A stretch of DNA of 64,000 nucleotides from an uncultured Planctomycetota bacterium (GCA_963823665.1 CAWGMQ010000003.1:512001-576000); one strand, 5' to 3'. Shown: positions 20,378 to 31,728, counted from the first letter of the stretch. The notes: a model not told the origin generated them from the sequence alone. Numbers and translations: made by a program.

Positions 20378-21277
20378 ATGAAGAGCACTCTCGTCCCTAT
20401 GAAGGGGACAACCGTTGATGACGTGATCGACGTGCCGGCGAAGCGACCGGACCCGGAAATCTCCGGGGAAACGGGCCGGGGTCCCTCGTTGGGCACGCGA
20501 GCGCGAGCGTTCCAGGAATCAGTGGCGGCAGCCCTTGGCAACGCCGCCGCAACACCTCGGTCGTGGGTTGTCGTAACCTGTTTAATGCTCGGAATTTCAG
20601 GCGGGGTTCGGTTTTGGCGCGACTTTCAGTTCTACGGTATGAGCAAAGAATCCCGCAATAGCCCGTTTCCGCTGGCCGAATTGCCCAGAGTAGTTGGCGC
20701 GTGGCGAATGGACGAAGGAACGGAAGCCCCCCTCGATCCGCAGATCGCGCGACTCGCCGGGGCGAGCGACCACGTCACTCGGCAGTACACAAATACAAAG
20801 ACCGGTGAGACAGCGGTCGTTCTTGTCGTTTACGGCTTGGCCTCGGTCGTGAGCCTTCACACGCCGGAAGTCTGCTATCCGGCGGCGGGCTTCACTGCGG
20901 TGGCGACCGAGTCGGCCGGGGATCACGAGATAAAGATCCCGGGTGTGGACAAAACGGCCATCTATCGCCAGGTTTTCTACTCCAAATCGCTGGCCGGGCA
21001 TACGGAATATTCCGAGGCCGTTTATTCGTTTCGGCACGCGGGCGACTGGCTACCGAACGCAGTGACCCGATGGAAGTCGTTCAGGTATCGTCCAGGAGTG
21101 TTCAAGGTTCAGATCGGCCGGACGGTCACCGACTTGACCACCGAGAACAGTCCGGGCGCGGAGTTGCTTGGCGAGTTCATGCGCGAGATCGAGCTTCGGC
21201 TCGCTTCGGACGCGAAAGCGCCAGATTCGGCTATTGGGCCGGACCGCAAAGCTGCACCGGGGAAGGCAGCGAATTGA
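20378..21277 (+). CDS. Exosortase-associated EpsI family protein
   Basis: One TM segment, FPLAELPRVVGAW, HTPEVCYPAAG signature. Confidence 0.8.
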   Translation: MKSTLVPMKGTTVDDVIDVPAKRPDPEISGETGRGPSLGTRARAFQESVAAALGNAAATPRSWVVVTCLMLGISGGVRFWRDFQFYGMSKESRNSPFPLAELPRVVGAWRMDEGTEAPLDPQIARLAGASDHVTRQYTNTKTGETAVVLVVYGLASVVSLHTPEVCYPAAGFTAVATESAGDHEIKIPGVDKTAIYRQVFYSKSLAGHTEYSEAVYSFRHAGDWLPNAVTRWKSFRYRPGVFKVQIGRTVTDLTTENSPGAELLGEFMREIELRLASDAKAPDSAIGPDRKAAPGKAAN

Positions 21278-21352
21278 TTGAGTGCGACCAGAAGCTTCCG
21301 GCTCAATCTGGAGCAGCCGCGAGGCTAGTCGTTCCAAGCGGATGCGTCACGG

Positions 21353-23357
21353 ATGACCAATCGGATCGATCTGCAACCTGTATCGATTCAATCGCGCCAG
21401 CGCCGGTGGTGGCGGGCCTCGCGGTGGGTTTCCGCGTCGCGACATCGCACGGTTCGCAGGCGGATCGCCCTGCTGGCCCTGATCGCGGTACCCGCGATCG
21501 TGGCGCTCGCCGTCGCACTGCGCCGGTTGCGCGAAGCTCCCAGGATCGAGCCGGCTTTTGAATCGATTGCGCACCAGCGGGCGGGTCCGATCAGCGATTT
21601 CGCCCTGCGGGACGCCAGTGGCGAACTCCGCACCGCGCACGAGTGGTCCGCGCATCGGGCGATCGTTCTGCTCTTTTGCAAGCTCGACCACCCCGGATCG
21701 GCCCAGGCCGCACGTGCGACCGCGAAACTTGCCGCCCTGTTCAAGCCACGCGGCATCTTGTTTCTGGCGGTATGCTGTGAGACCTCCGCTCTCGGGGAGA
21801 CAACGCGGGCGCTCGCAGCGGCAACAGGCTCTGAATTACCGATCGTCTTCGACCCGGAGCAGACCGTCGCGCGGCAGGCGGGCGTCCGTGCCCTTCCCGA
21901 AGCCGTGGTGCTCGCGCCGGACGGGCAGGTTATGTACCGCGGCGCAGTGATTCAAGCAGCGGACGCCCCGCGCAGCCGCAAGACGGCGGATGCACGATAC
22001 GACCTGGAATCGGCAATTCGATCGATTGACCGCGACGACCTCCCCGTGGTCTTCTCGACCCCCGAGGCGGCGGGAAGTCCGCTGCCCGCGCTTCCATCGC
22101 CTGAGGAGCCAGGCCCCTCTTCCGAGCCGCCGGTCGTGTTCACTCGGGATGTCGCGCCCATTCTGTGGAAGCACTGCGCATGCTGTCACCGCAGGGGAGA
22201 AGTCGGTCCGTTTCCGCTTGTGACTTACCAGGACGCCGCCAAACGCGCGAGTTTCCTGTGCGAGGTAGTCGAGGACCGAACGTATGCCGCCGTGGAAGCC
22301 CCACCCCGCGGCCGGCGTTTTTCTCGACGCGCCCCGGCTCTCCGTGATCGAGAAGGAGACGCTCGAGCGCTGGACATCGAGCGGATGTTTGCGCGGCGAT
22401 CCGCGCGACCTTCCCCCGCAACCGGAGTGGAGCGACGGCTGGCGGCTGGGTGAGCCCGACCTGGTTCTTTCCGCGCCGGAGCAGTTCGAAGTTCCGGCCG
22501 ACGGGCCGGACATTTACCAGACTCTCCCGTTGCGAGTGCCGGCCGATCGCGACCTGATCATCGCCGGACTCGAGTTTCGTCCCGGCAACCGCCGGGTCGT
22601 GCATCACAGCCGCATTCATCTGGATGTCACCGGTGCAGCGCGCCGGAACGCCGAGCAACATCGGGGCGCGGGCACGCGAATCATCGGCGTGGGTGGAGTC
22701 GACGCGCGCTCGATCGAACTGCCCTATCCGGGGCTCGGCGCCTGGACGCCGGGAATCACTCCGCGGCTGGCGCCGGAGGGGGTGGGCCGGTTGATCCCGC
22801 GGGGGTCGGACGTCGTGGTGCAGATTCACTACCATCCGACGGGAAGACCGGAACGAGATCAGTCCCGAGTGGCGCTCTTCCTCGCGAAAAAGCCGGTGAC
22901 GAAAACCATGGCCGGCTATTCGCTCTGCACGGACCAGATCGACATTCCCGCCGGTGCGAAGCGGCACAAGATCATTCTGAGCACGCGGCTGAAGGCCAAC
23001 GTTCATCTCTATTCCGCCGTGCCGCACGCCCACAACCTGTGCCGGGAGTTCCGCCTGGCTGCGACTCTGCCTGACGGAACGGTTCAACCACTCCTGTGGA
23101 TCACGGACTGGAGCCTCGACTGGCAAGACCAGTACACGTTCTTGAAGCCGGTGCGGCTGCCCGAGGGAACGGTGCTCACGCTGGCCGCTTACTACGATAA
23201 TTCCGCAGAGAACTCGCGCAACCCGAACCGGCCACCGAAGCGCATGCGGTACGGTGTCGAGACCAAGGACGAAATGTGCGCCTGCCACCTCGAGTTCCTC
23301 CCGGACGACACACGCGGATATGAGGCGTATCAGGCGCGGTCACCGTTTGGATTGTGA
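21353..23357 (+). CDS. Redoxin domain + CxxCH cytochrome c + copper-monooxygenase-like protein (frameshift ~22280)
   Basis: DFALRD...LPEAVVLAPDG redoxin, VFTRDVAPIL-CACCH, MPPWKP, RVVHH, PHAH, WQDQY, DEMC. Confidence 0.8.
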
Positions 23358-23858
23358 GGAGAGAAGCCGCTCACCGCGGGCGGGCCGTCGCCGGGCATGC
23401 CGGGGATGGCCCGATCGAGCCCTGAAGTCACAAGGGGTCGAACGACACTCATCGGAATGACGATTGGAAAAAGACATTTCGCGATCTGGTAATGGCTGAG
23501 ATGAGATTCAAGCCACGGTCCAACCAGCATGGTTCGCCGTCGCCGACGCACGCGTTCAACAGATGCAGCCCGGCGTCATCTGCGTCATCTGCGTCATTTC
23601 TCACTCCAAGCTTCTGGATTGTAGCGATCGTTCCTTTGATTCAGTTTCGATCGGTGCGTTCCCTTCGCTCGAGCTTCTGTCCCCGGCAATCCAACGTCCC
23701 GCATTGACATCGCGGCTTCGCCCCGACGCGGCTGAGCGAGCGCCTGCATGGCCCGCCGCTCGAACGCCCCCCGCTGCACACACCTCGCTCCGATGCTCCG
23801 CGCCGGAACGCCTTCCCTGCCGCTCGTCGGCGCGCTCGACGATGACATCCTTTCGTCG

Positions 23859-23893
23859 CCGTCCTCCGCCCTCCGTCCTCCGCCCTCCGTCCT
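23859..23893. repeat. Heptamer tandem repeat (CCGYCCT x5)
   Basis: CCGTCCT CCGCCCT CCGTCCT CCGCCCT CCGTCCT. Confidence 0.85.
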
Positions 23894-24797
23894 CGGCTTC
23901 ATGTTCGTTTTGTATTTTCGTCGCGCGTCCTTACGCCGCAAGGACTACGGGAATGCACTCGCTCGGTCGAGGTGGCGAACCATCGGCCGAATTCGAAGCC
24001 GAAACCCCGCCCGCGACCACGTCGCTTCGACCCAGAATCGCCACGGCGCGGCCCGCGTACGCGCTCCATCCCCCAAACCGTGGTAGACCACAATCCGCAA
24101 GTGCAAATGCGAAAACAACTTCGGCCGATCAAACAGCTTCTTTCCACCGGCTCGAAATGATATCTTTTGATAGCAAAAATCGAGACTCCTCGCCTTCCCC
24201 TCGCAGTTCAGAGTCCGGGGAGCGAACCCTGCTCTCGACCGACGACGCGGCAAAGCCGCCAGGGCGACAGAGTCAGCCCTGCGCAGCGGCCAGGTCTGCC
24301 TGGGTCTCGGTTTTGCGGCCTGGTTCAGATGATGGCTTCGGTCGATTCACGAGCCTCTCGCCCCCCGGTGCGAAATGATGCCAAAGTGATATCAATAAAT
24401 AAGCAAAAGCGAGCCGCCCATCGCGCCAGCATCGCGCGTTCGCAGACTCTGCCCTATGGATAATATGCGACCGGTTTCAGCGATCGGCAATAAAAGCACC
24501 CAAAAAAAAGTGCAATCAGTCGATCGACACGGCTGCAACGTCAGGAGCTGCGGCATTCCGGGTTCCAGTGACATGGGTGCTGCCTCGCGCCGACTCCAGT
24601 GTCGGCGATCGAGACTGAGCTATGTAGATTATGGGCCCACTTTCGCGATTCGGCCATTTCATCGACCAGAAAACCTGGGGTTTTTATTCCGATCGCAACG
24701 GATCCAACGATCAACGCGATCGCGGCCCCCGAATCGAAAGCCAACGCGCAGGTTCAATTGGGTCCATTCACCCGCCACACACCACCCGCAAGTAAGG

Positions 24798-27183
24798 TTA
24801 GCCCTGAGTGGGCGTGAGTGTTATCACGAATAATTGATTCGAAGCTCCAGTCTGTGTCGCTTCCACGACCGGATTATCGCTCGTTTGTGGGACTGTCGAG
24901 TAGATCCCGCCGTACATATAACCCAGCACAATGGGCCCGCCCCGGCGTTTGATTTTGACGACGCCGTTCGAATAGGTCGCCAACGAGGGGTTTACCACGA
25001 AGTCGGAGTAGGTTCCGTATAGTCCCGGCAGCGGGGGTAGGATGTACTCCTGGTCGAAGCCGCTCTTCTTCTGCACGAGCGCGGAGACATCGTCGACCCA
25101 GGCCGGATTGGGGGAATTGTTGACCAACTGGCCGTTTGAATAATCGTACTGACTGATTCCGCCCAGGAAGATCGTGCTCATCGCGCCGGTCCGCGCGTCC
25201 ACGACCGGGATACTCGCCGTGCTGTACTGATCGAAGAACTGTTGATAATTGGCCTGGACTTGAACACTTCCGTTGGAGTTGATCAGGATCGGCGAATTAT
25301 AGTTCGTACCCGCCGAGCCCGGAGTGAAGACGCCACCGTAGTACGTCAGGGCCTGCTTCCCTCCCAGGACAACCGGCCCCATATTTCCATCGCGACGGCG
25401 GAAGTTGATCGGATCTCGCAGCGCCTTGTAGTTCTTGATCGCCAGCCGATTGGGAGTGCTGACGATCTGGAAACTCCGGATTTCATCACTGTAGATCTGG
25501 GTGAAAGTCGGCGGAGTCGGGGTGAATGGGATATAACCGCCTTGGAAGTCCTGCCCGAAGACCAGATCCGTCCGATTGCCGATTGGCGCCATCACACCAC
25601 CCGTTACCTCGAACCTTGGGTCGGAAATCTGCCGGATTTTGGCTCCGGCAGCGACGTTCCCGCCGTTCATCACCGCGCCCGCCAGGCCGCTGACATTGAT
25701 CGCAGAGAGTGTGTCGTATGTTGTGTAGTTGGACGTGGAGGCGGTCAAGGAAACTCCGCTCGCGGTGGCCGTGGCGGGCTCGGAGAGCGTGATGGAGTTT
25801 CCGGAGATGGCGGTGATGGTCACGCCGGCGGGGTTCTGGGTGCCAGGCAGGAAAAGCGGAATTCCGGGCCCAGTGACGTTTTGACCAAGGGCCAGGCCCG
25901 TGATATCGGCGACCTGAACCGTGGCGCGTACCCAGCGCTGTGCTGCCGGTAAAGGTGATGGTATCAGGAACCGAGTATCCGCCCGCGGTAAAGAGGGTGT
26001 TTCCCTTCTGGTAGAACTCCTGATCCGCCGAGCTGAGCGAGTTGTAGACGCTCTGGGGTACAGCGGTCTCGCTCCACGGGACGGACCACGTTTTCCAGTT
26101 GGCAGGATCAATGACGATGATGTCCTGGTTCTGGAAATCCGTGGGGAAATTGGTCTCGCCGCTGGTCGTGAAGTTGTGCAAGCCGTTGGTCCGTCCGCCA
26201 AACACGAGCCAGAGGCCCGAAGGAAACGCCTTCGTCGGCGCGACCGCCGCGTAATCACCCGATTGAATTCCTGGCAGCAAGGGAGTGAGCGCGCTGTTCA
26301 CCGGAGAGACATTCACGGTGTACGGAAAGTTGGTGCCGGTGGCGACGACCGGATTCGGCGCCACGGCGGTCGGCGGCGGTGGGGGCGTCGTAAGCCCCTG
26401 CGTCAAGACGACGAACGATGCAGGCAGAGCGTTTGTGGCACCGTTGAGAGTGAGAGGCGTCGAGGTTGGAATCGTCACTGACCCGATATAAGCGGTACCG
26501 GTGCTTCCCTTCTTCTTGACGACCGAACCCGTGAGCACGCTGCCGGCCCCGCCGGCGACAACGCTCAACTGATCAACGTCGCCGTCGAGCTCGCGCCAGA
26601 CATTCGCCACGCCACCGTTGCTTACGCCGATTGCGACTTTGTCGCCGCTCGAGTCTGTGAACTTGAGCTTCTTGCCGAGTGCGAAGAGCCCGTAGAAGTC
26701 TCCGCCGGGAGTATCATCGTTGTCGCCGTCGAACAGGTCGCCGTTGATATCGGTCAACGGGTTCGACGCTGGATTCGTACTCATCGATGCCGGAGTTCCG
26801 TTGATGAAGACGCGGTAGAAGATGCCGGGCTGCAACGGCTTCTTGAGCGTGAGCGTGACCTGCGAGGAGTGCGCGTCGTTGTAACTGGCGGAGACGATCC
26901 CCACGTTTGCCCCGTGACTCGAGATGAGCTCAGGGCTTGGCAGCGCCTTCGTGATCTGATAGTTGGAAATAGAAGTCGCCGGGCCAGGATAGAGCGGACC
27001 ATCGAAGGTGATGACGAGCTGCGTGCTGCCGGGAGCTTCGGTCAAGGACTGCACGACGGGACCATTGCCGTCGGCAAAGGAAAGCAGCGTCAACCGCTCC
27101 AACTGCTCAAGCTCGGCCCGAACAGACCTCGAACCCGGACGGCGGGTCTTCTTCGACGACCCGGACGGTACTGAGAGGAACAT
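24798..27183 (-). CDS. Large secreted planctomycete protein, T/G/N-rich (frameshift ~25925)
   Basis: RRPGSRSVRAELEQLERLTLLS leader, Ig-like segment, WLVFGGRTNGLH, RRRDGN; ORFs 25486..27270 and 24798..26258 join. Confidence 0.75.
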
Positions 27184-27622
27184 CGGATGCCCCACCTTGG
27201 AGATCGCACCGGACTCTTCATCATCGAACGACTGCAAACAGACTCGCCCGCCGTGTCGGTCCTTCAACACGAACGATTAGACGCTATTATAAAGCTGTTT
27301 AGGCCACTAAGTCTACTTATTTTGACAAACTGGCGTAAATATGGCCTACTTATGCGCGTTTTCGGCCCCGGTAAGATGATCGATGCAGCTCACTGCGAGG
27401 TCAGAGGAACCCAGACATTCACTCTCCGGACCCGGCTCCGAGAAAAGCCAGGCACACGAGACTCGGAGCGGAGCCGCTCCCCCCTGCGCCGGCCGCCTTA
27501 GCGCAAGCAAAAAGCCCCGCCGCTCCCCGCGCCGGAGTGAATCTCCCGCGATGAGAATGACGAGGCCATGTGAACCGTGCTCCGCCCTTGGGCGGCACGC
27601 CGCCGCGTTGTGCTCATATTTC

Positions 27623-28849
27623 TCAGGAGATCCTGACCGACACGCGATCGTCGCCGCGGCAGAGCGATTGGAGAAACCCCTCGTACTGTTCCGCCAATTT
27701 GTCCCCTTGCCAGCGATTCGCCTAAGTGAGTGCGCGTCTCCGGTGCTCCGCCTCGAATTCGGGGTCATCCCAAAGTCGCTCGATCACGGCCAACCAGGGC
27801 GCCACTTCGTGTGCGGTCGGCACCATGCTGCTCGCCGGTGTGCACCGATCCGGAATCGTGAACACGAATCCGGCATCGCCCAGCGTCTCAGGAAGCGCTC
27901 CACGATCGCTTGCCAGTACGGGGGTCCCATTCGCCATGGCCTCGATCGGCACGCGGCCAAGCGACTCCCGCCAGAGTGACGGCATCAGGACTACCCGGCT
28001 CACTCGGTAGAAATCACGTGGGTCGGGCGTATTGGCCATCCGGTGCAGGTTAGTCAGCCCTGAGAGATCGACCGGCAACCCCGCCAGGCCGTCGGCGGTA
28101 CCGCGGCCTTCAACGACCAGGAGAGGGATATCCGGCCGCCGTCGACCGAGCTCGAGCGCAATCCGCGCAAAGACGGCGGCTCCTTTCTCTGGCTGCGGGT
28201 TGATGAACGTCACGTATTTCGGCTCGGAGTTCTCTGCAATGACCTTATCGAGCCGGATTGGGTCGGGAATGACAACGCCGTCGATACCGACTCGGCGCAC
28301 GTAGAGCCGGCGCGAATACTCGGACGGGAAAATAACGGCGTCGACGTCCTCGAATCCGCGCCGATCGTTGTAGCCAAAGTTGTGCAGGTGGAAAACGACC
28401 GCGGTGCCCCTGGCCCTGGCCTTGAGCATCAGCGAACGGCTGACCGGATGCCCGCCATAGGTCAGCAGGATCTCTGGCCGAAATCGATCGAGCACCGTAG
28501 TGGCCATGTCGATGTACAGAGTGCCGTCACGCGGGTTGGGTGCCTTATCGGCGCGGCTGGACGATGTGGGCAGGAGTGTGACGCGCACGCCGTTAACCTC
28601 TAGGTCAAAGACCTCAGCCTCGCCCCCAAGGCTGAGCGCCGCACCCGACCGCGCAGCCGGCCTCTCAATCGAAGCGAGAACATTTTCGATGGGGGTCCCG
28701 TTCTGGTAGTCAAGCACACCGCAAGTAAGTGCCCGGCAGTCCCACCCGCGCCCGGCGAGCAATTCGAGTAGCTCGCGGGTGGCGATCGCCGCACCGCTCG
28801 ATGGGTCGAGGTAGCTGTGAATGGACGCAAACAAAAGCCGATGAGACAT
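27623..28849 (-). CDS. Glycosyltransferase family 4 (in-frame TAG at 27722-27724 near the C-terminus)
   Basis: FHLHN, FINPQPEKG, MPSLWRESLGRVPIEAMANGTPVLASDRGALPE; reading continues past the TAG as ANRWQGDKLAEQYEGFLQSL to TGA at 27623. Confidence 0.9.
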
Positions 28850-28865
28850 ATGAAGGCAACCCCCA

Positions 28866-29247
28866 AGCCGCGTAAGCGGCGACATCATATAGCCCGGCGG
28901 CGTAAGCCCCGGGTTTCCTGAAGTTCCCCAAAATGGCACCTACCAGCACGCCAGCCCCGAAGGGGCAACATCATATAGCCCGGCGGCGTAAGCCCCGGGT
29001 TTCCTGAAGTTCCCCAAAATGGCACCTACCAGCACGCCAGCCCCGAAGGGGCGACATCATATAGCCCGGCGGCGTAAGCTCCGGGTTTCCTGAAGTTCCC
29101 CAAAATGGCACCTACCAGCACGCTAGCCCCGAAGGGGCGACATCATACAGCCCGGCGGCGTAAGCCCCGGGTTCCCCGAAATGCCACCTACAAGCACGCC
29201 AGCCCCGAAGGGGCGACATCACGTAGCCCGGCGGCGTAAGCCCCGGG
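28866..29247. repeat. Tandem array of an 86-bp double-hairpin unit (five hairpin cores)
   Basis: ACATCA anchors at 28882, 28968, 29054, 29140 and 29216 (periods 86, 86, 86, 76); core AGCCCC-GAA-GGGGC...CCCGGCGGC-GTAA-GCCCCGGG. Confidence 0.92.
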
Positions 29248-29327
29248 CTCTGTGGGCCTCGGTTCCCTCCACCGACGGTCCGCGCGACCAACATCACATC
29301 CGCCCGCACGCCCCGCAATGGCCGACC

Positions 29328-31688
29328 CTACGACCCAATATCGCCGAGCCGCGCAACCGCCGCCCTGTCCCCCGGGCACTCCGCCAGCACCGCGCGCCAC
29401 TGGCACCTGGCCTCTTCGAGATCGCCCCGCTCCTGCGCCAGCGCCGCAAGATTCCGCCGCGTAAGATGCCCATAAATCCCTTGATCCAAACTCGCAAACT
29501 TCCGCGGCCGCGAGAGCGTCAAGATCCGCCGCCAACATTGTTCGGCCTCACCCGAATCGCCACGACTCCGATGCACAACCGCCTTCCGGAACCACAGCTC
29601 CGCATCCTCGGCATCGAGCGAAAGACCCTCCGCACAGCTCGCCAGTGCCGCCGGATAATCGCGCATCATCTGGAAAGCCCGCGCAATGAGCGCATACAGC
29701 TTACGGACAATCGAATCAGTCGGTGCTGACCCCGCCAGGCTTCGCTTGAAATACCCGAGCGCCTCATTCCACTCGGCCCGTTCAATCGCGATCGACCCCA
29801 GATTGAACAACGTAAACGCATCATCCGGCCGTTCCGCCAGCTCCTCGCGCAAAATGCGGCAATCCCGCTCGAGCTTCCTGAATCGAAGCGCCCGGTCAGA
29901 ATACCCCGTATGCCGCACCGTGATATCCTTCCACACCACTGGTACCCCGGCGCGTTTCAACGCCGGCAGAATCTGCTCATGAACGCGATACGTCCACCGC
30001 ACGCCTTCGATCAGCGGAAACAGCCGGATGTGATCAACAACCGTGTCTCCCCCCGAACCATCAGGCCCCGGGTCACACGCACACCGGACGACAAAGGCGG
30101 GAGCAAAAGGGGACTGGCTCCGGCCAAGGACGCCGGTGCCTGTCCCCTTTTGCGGGCTTCCCAAACACGAATGGTCCCCCCGCAAGCCCCCAATCAACTC
30201 CTCCAACTTCGCCCGCTCCGGCGGCTCAATCAAATCATCCGCATCAAGCCAAAACGCATAATCACCTGTGGCTCGAGCCAGCGCCGCATTCCGAGCCGCC
30301 CCAAAATCATCAACCCACACAAAATCAAACACCCGCGCCCCAAACGACCGCGCAATCTCGACAGTTCGATCGCAGCTCCCCGTATCCAGCACAACAATCT
30401 CATCAAACACCCCGCGCACCGACTCGAGACACGTTGAAAGGTTGGCTTCCTCATTCTTGACGATCATAGTGAGCGAGACAGCGGCACGGGCCGAAGAGGC
30501 GACGGGACCAGATTGAAAAGATTGATCCACAGATGACGCAGATTTGCGCAGATCAAGAGGAGGAATTATCATTGTTGGAGGTGTGGCCGCGGCCTTTCCA
30601 TTTCTTGTTCGTCCCTGATCATCCCGGCTTTCATCTGCGCAAATCTGCGTCCTCTGCGAACAGAAACTCCCCTGTTCATGACTTCGCTTCGCCGTCCGCG
30701 GACTACCTTCGAACGGCTCGAGTGCCACCCTCCGCCCCTGCGGAACCGCGTCGCCCCATTTGGCCGCGAACCTCGCCGCATTCTCATTGAGCACGCGCTC
30801 GGCATCGACGCCGTTGCCCACAAACGTCCTGCTGCCATAGTGGTGCACGAACAGATCATGCGCCACCGCCAGGGCAAAGCCAGCCCGCCTTGCCCGCTCA
30901 GCCAGATCATCGTCATCAAAGAACCCGAGCCCAAACCGTTCATCAAGCCCGCCGATGGCGTCATAAACGGCGCGCTTCATGAGCAGGCAGAAACCAGAGA
31001 GCTTCCGCACGGTAGACCACTGCCCGCGATGGTCGTCGCGCCAGCGGCGTGCAAAGACCTTCATCTCCTCGAGGTCGTGGTAAGGAACACTCTCCACCAA
31101 TTGGGGCGGCGCGGCATAATTCGACATCGGCCCGACCAGACCGATCTTCTCACTCGCTTTCAACGGTCCGCTTGTCTCCGTTTCATTTCCCGGCGCAAGA
31201 TCGATCACGGCGATACTCTTACCGGGGAATGGACGTGTCTCTGGCGGTTGGAAATGATCCGAATCGGAACTGTGTGTATCCATCTTGGATTCGGGGCTCT
31301 GTCCGCTGGATTGGGAGGTTCGGTCGTCGTCCTTCTCCACCGTTGTGGACAGAGCGACGAGCTGATCCAGCCATCCGTCGGTGACGACGACGTCGTTATT
31401 CAGCAACACCAGATACTCACCGCGCGCGTATTGCAACCCCTGGTTGATAGCAGTAGGAAACCCGCGATTGGTGCCGTTGGCGATGACGGTGACGGGCACG
31501 GGCGAGACGTCCTGGACCCCACCCAGATAATCAGCCGTCCCATCGGTCGACCCATTGTTGATGACGATCAACTCCCAAGGTGGCCTCGTCTGCCGCATGA
31601 GGGCCGCGACGCAACGCCGGGTGAACTCAAGCTGGTTCCAGCACGGGACGATGATCGACGCGAGTCGGCGAACGGATTGATCACTCAT
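29328..31688 (-). CDS. Tandem GT2-domain glycosyltransferase with C-terminal TPRs
   Basis: SIIVPCWN, NNGSTDGT, LLNND, FFDDDDL; second GT2 SLTMIVKNEE, DTGS, WLDADD, RVHEQI; TPR tail. Confidence 0.92.
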   Translation of the reverse strand: MSDQSVRRLASIIVPCWNQLEFTRRCVAALMRQTRPPWELIVINNGSTDGTADYLGGVQDVSPVPVTVIANGTNRGFPTAINQGLQYARGEYLVLLNNDVVVTDGWLDQLVALSTTVEKDDDRTSQSSGQSPESKMDTHSSDSDHFQPPETRPFPGKSIAVIDLAPGNETETSGPLKASEKIGLVGPMSNYAAPPQLVESVPYHDLEEMKVFARRWRDDHRGQWSTVRKLSGFCLLMKRAVYDAIGGLDERFGLGFFDDDDLAERARRAGFALAVAHDLFVHHYGSRTFVGNGVDAERVLNENAARFAAKWGDAVPQGRRVALEPFEGSPRTAKRSHEQGSFCSQRTQICADESRDDQGRTRNGKAAATPPTMIIPPLDLRKSASSVDQSFQSGPVASSARAAVSLTMIVKNEEANLSTCLESVRGVFDEIVVLDTGSCDRTVEIARSFGARVFDFVWVDDFGAARNAALARATGDYAFWLDADDLIEPPERAKLEELIGGLRGDHSCLGSPQKGTGTGVLGRSQSPFAPAFVVRCACDPGPDGSGGDTVVDHIRLFPLIEGVRWTYRVHEQILPALKRAGVPVVWKDITVRHTGYSDRALRFRKLERDCRILREELAERPDDAFTLFNLGSIAIERAEWNEALGYFKRSLAGSAPTDSIVRKLYALIARAFQMMRDYPAALASCAEGLSLDAEDAELWFRKAVVHRSRGDSGEAEQCWRRILTLSRPRKFASLDQGIYGHLTRRNLAALAQERGDLEEARCQWRAVLAECPGDRAAVARLGDIGS
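30103..30153. repeat. 51-bp palindrome inside the GT2 coding sequence
   Basis: GCAAAAGGGGACTGGCTCCGGC / 7-nt loop / GCCGGTGCCTGTCCCCTTTTGC; 20 of 22 bp complementary. Confidence 0.85.
30527..30659. repeat. Nonamer-triplet inverted-repeat element (GCAGAT variant) inside the GT2 coding sequence
   Basis: Left arm CCACAGATGACGCAGATTTGCGCAGAT (30527-30553), right arm ATCTGCGCAAATCTGCGTCCTCTGCGA (30633-30659); 24/27 complementary, 79-bp spacer. Confidence 0.88.
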
Positions 31689-31703
31689 AATGAAGCCTCA
31701 CTT

Positions 31704-31728
31704 GTAGCAGGCACACTCCGTGTGCCGT
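31704..31728 (+). repeat. GTAG-type REP palindrome
   Basis: GTAGCA-GGCACAC-TCC-GTGTGCC-GT; a degenerate inverted partner ending CTAC lies at 32106-32124. Confidence 0.75.

Noticed and set aside
27722..27724. Pyrrolysine read-through of TAG, tempting given the methylamine genes
   Set aside because: No pyl genes in the window, the gene is a glycosyltransferase, and the NMG pathway does not use pyrrolysine.
28866..29247. CRISPR array
   Set aside because: The sequence between hairpins is itself repeated, so there are no unique spacers, and no cas genes are present.
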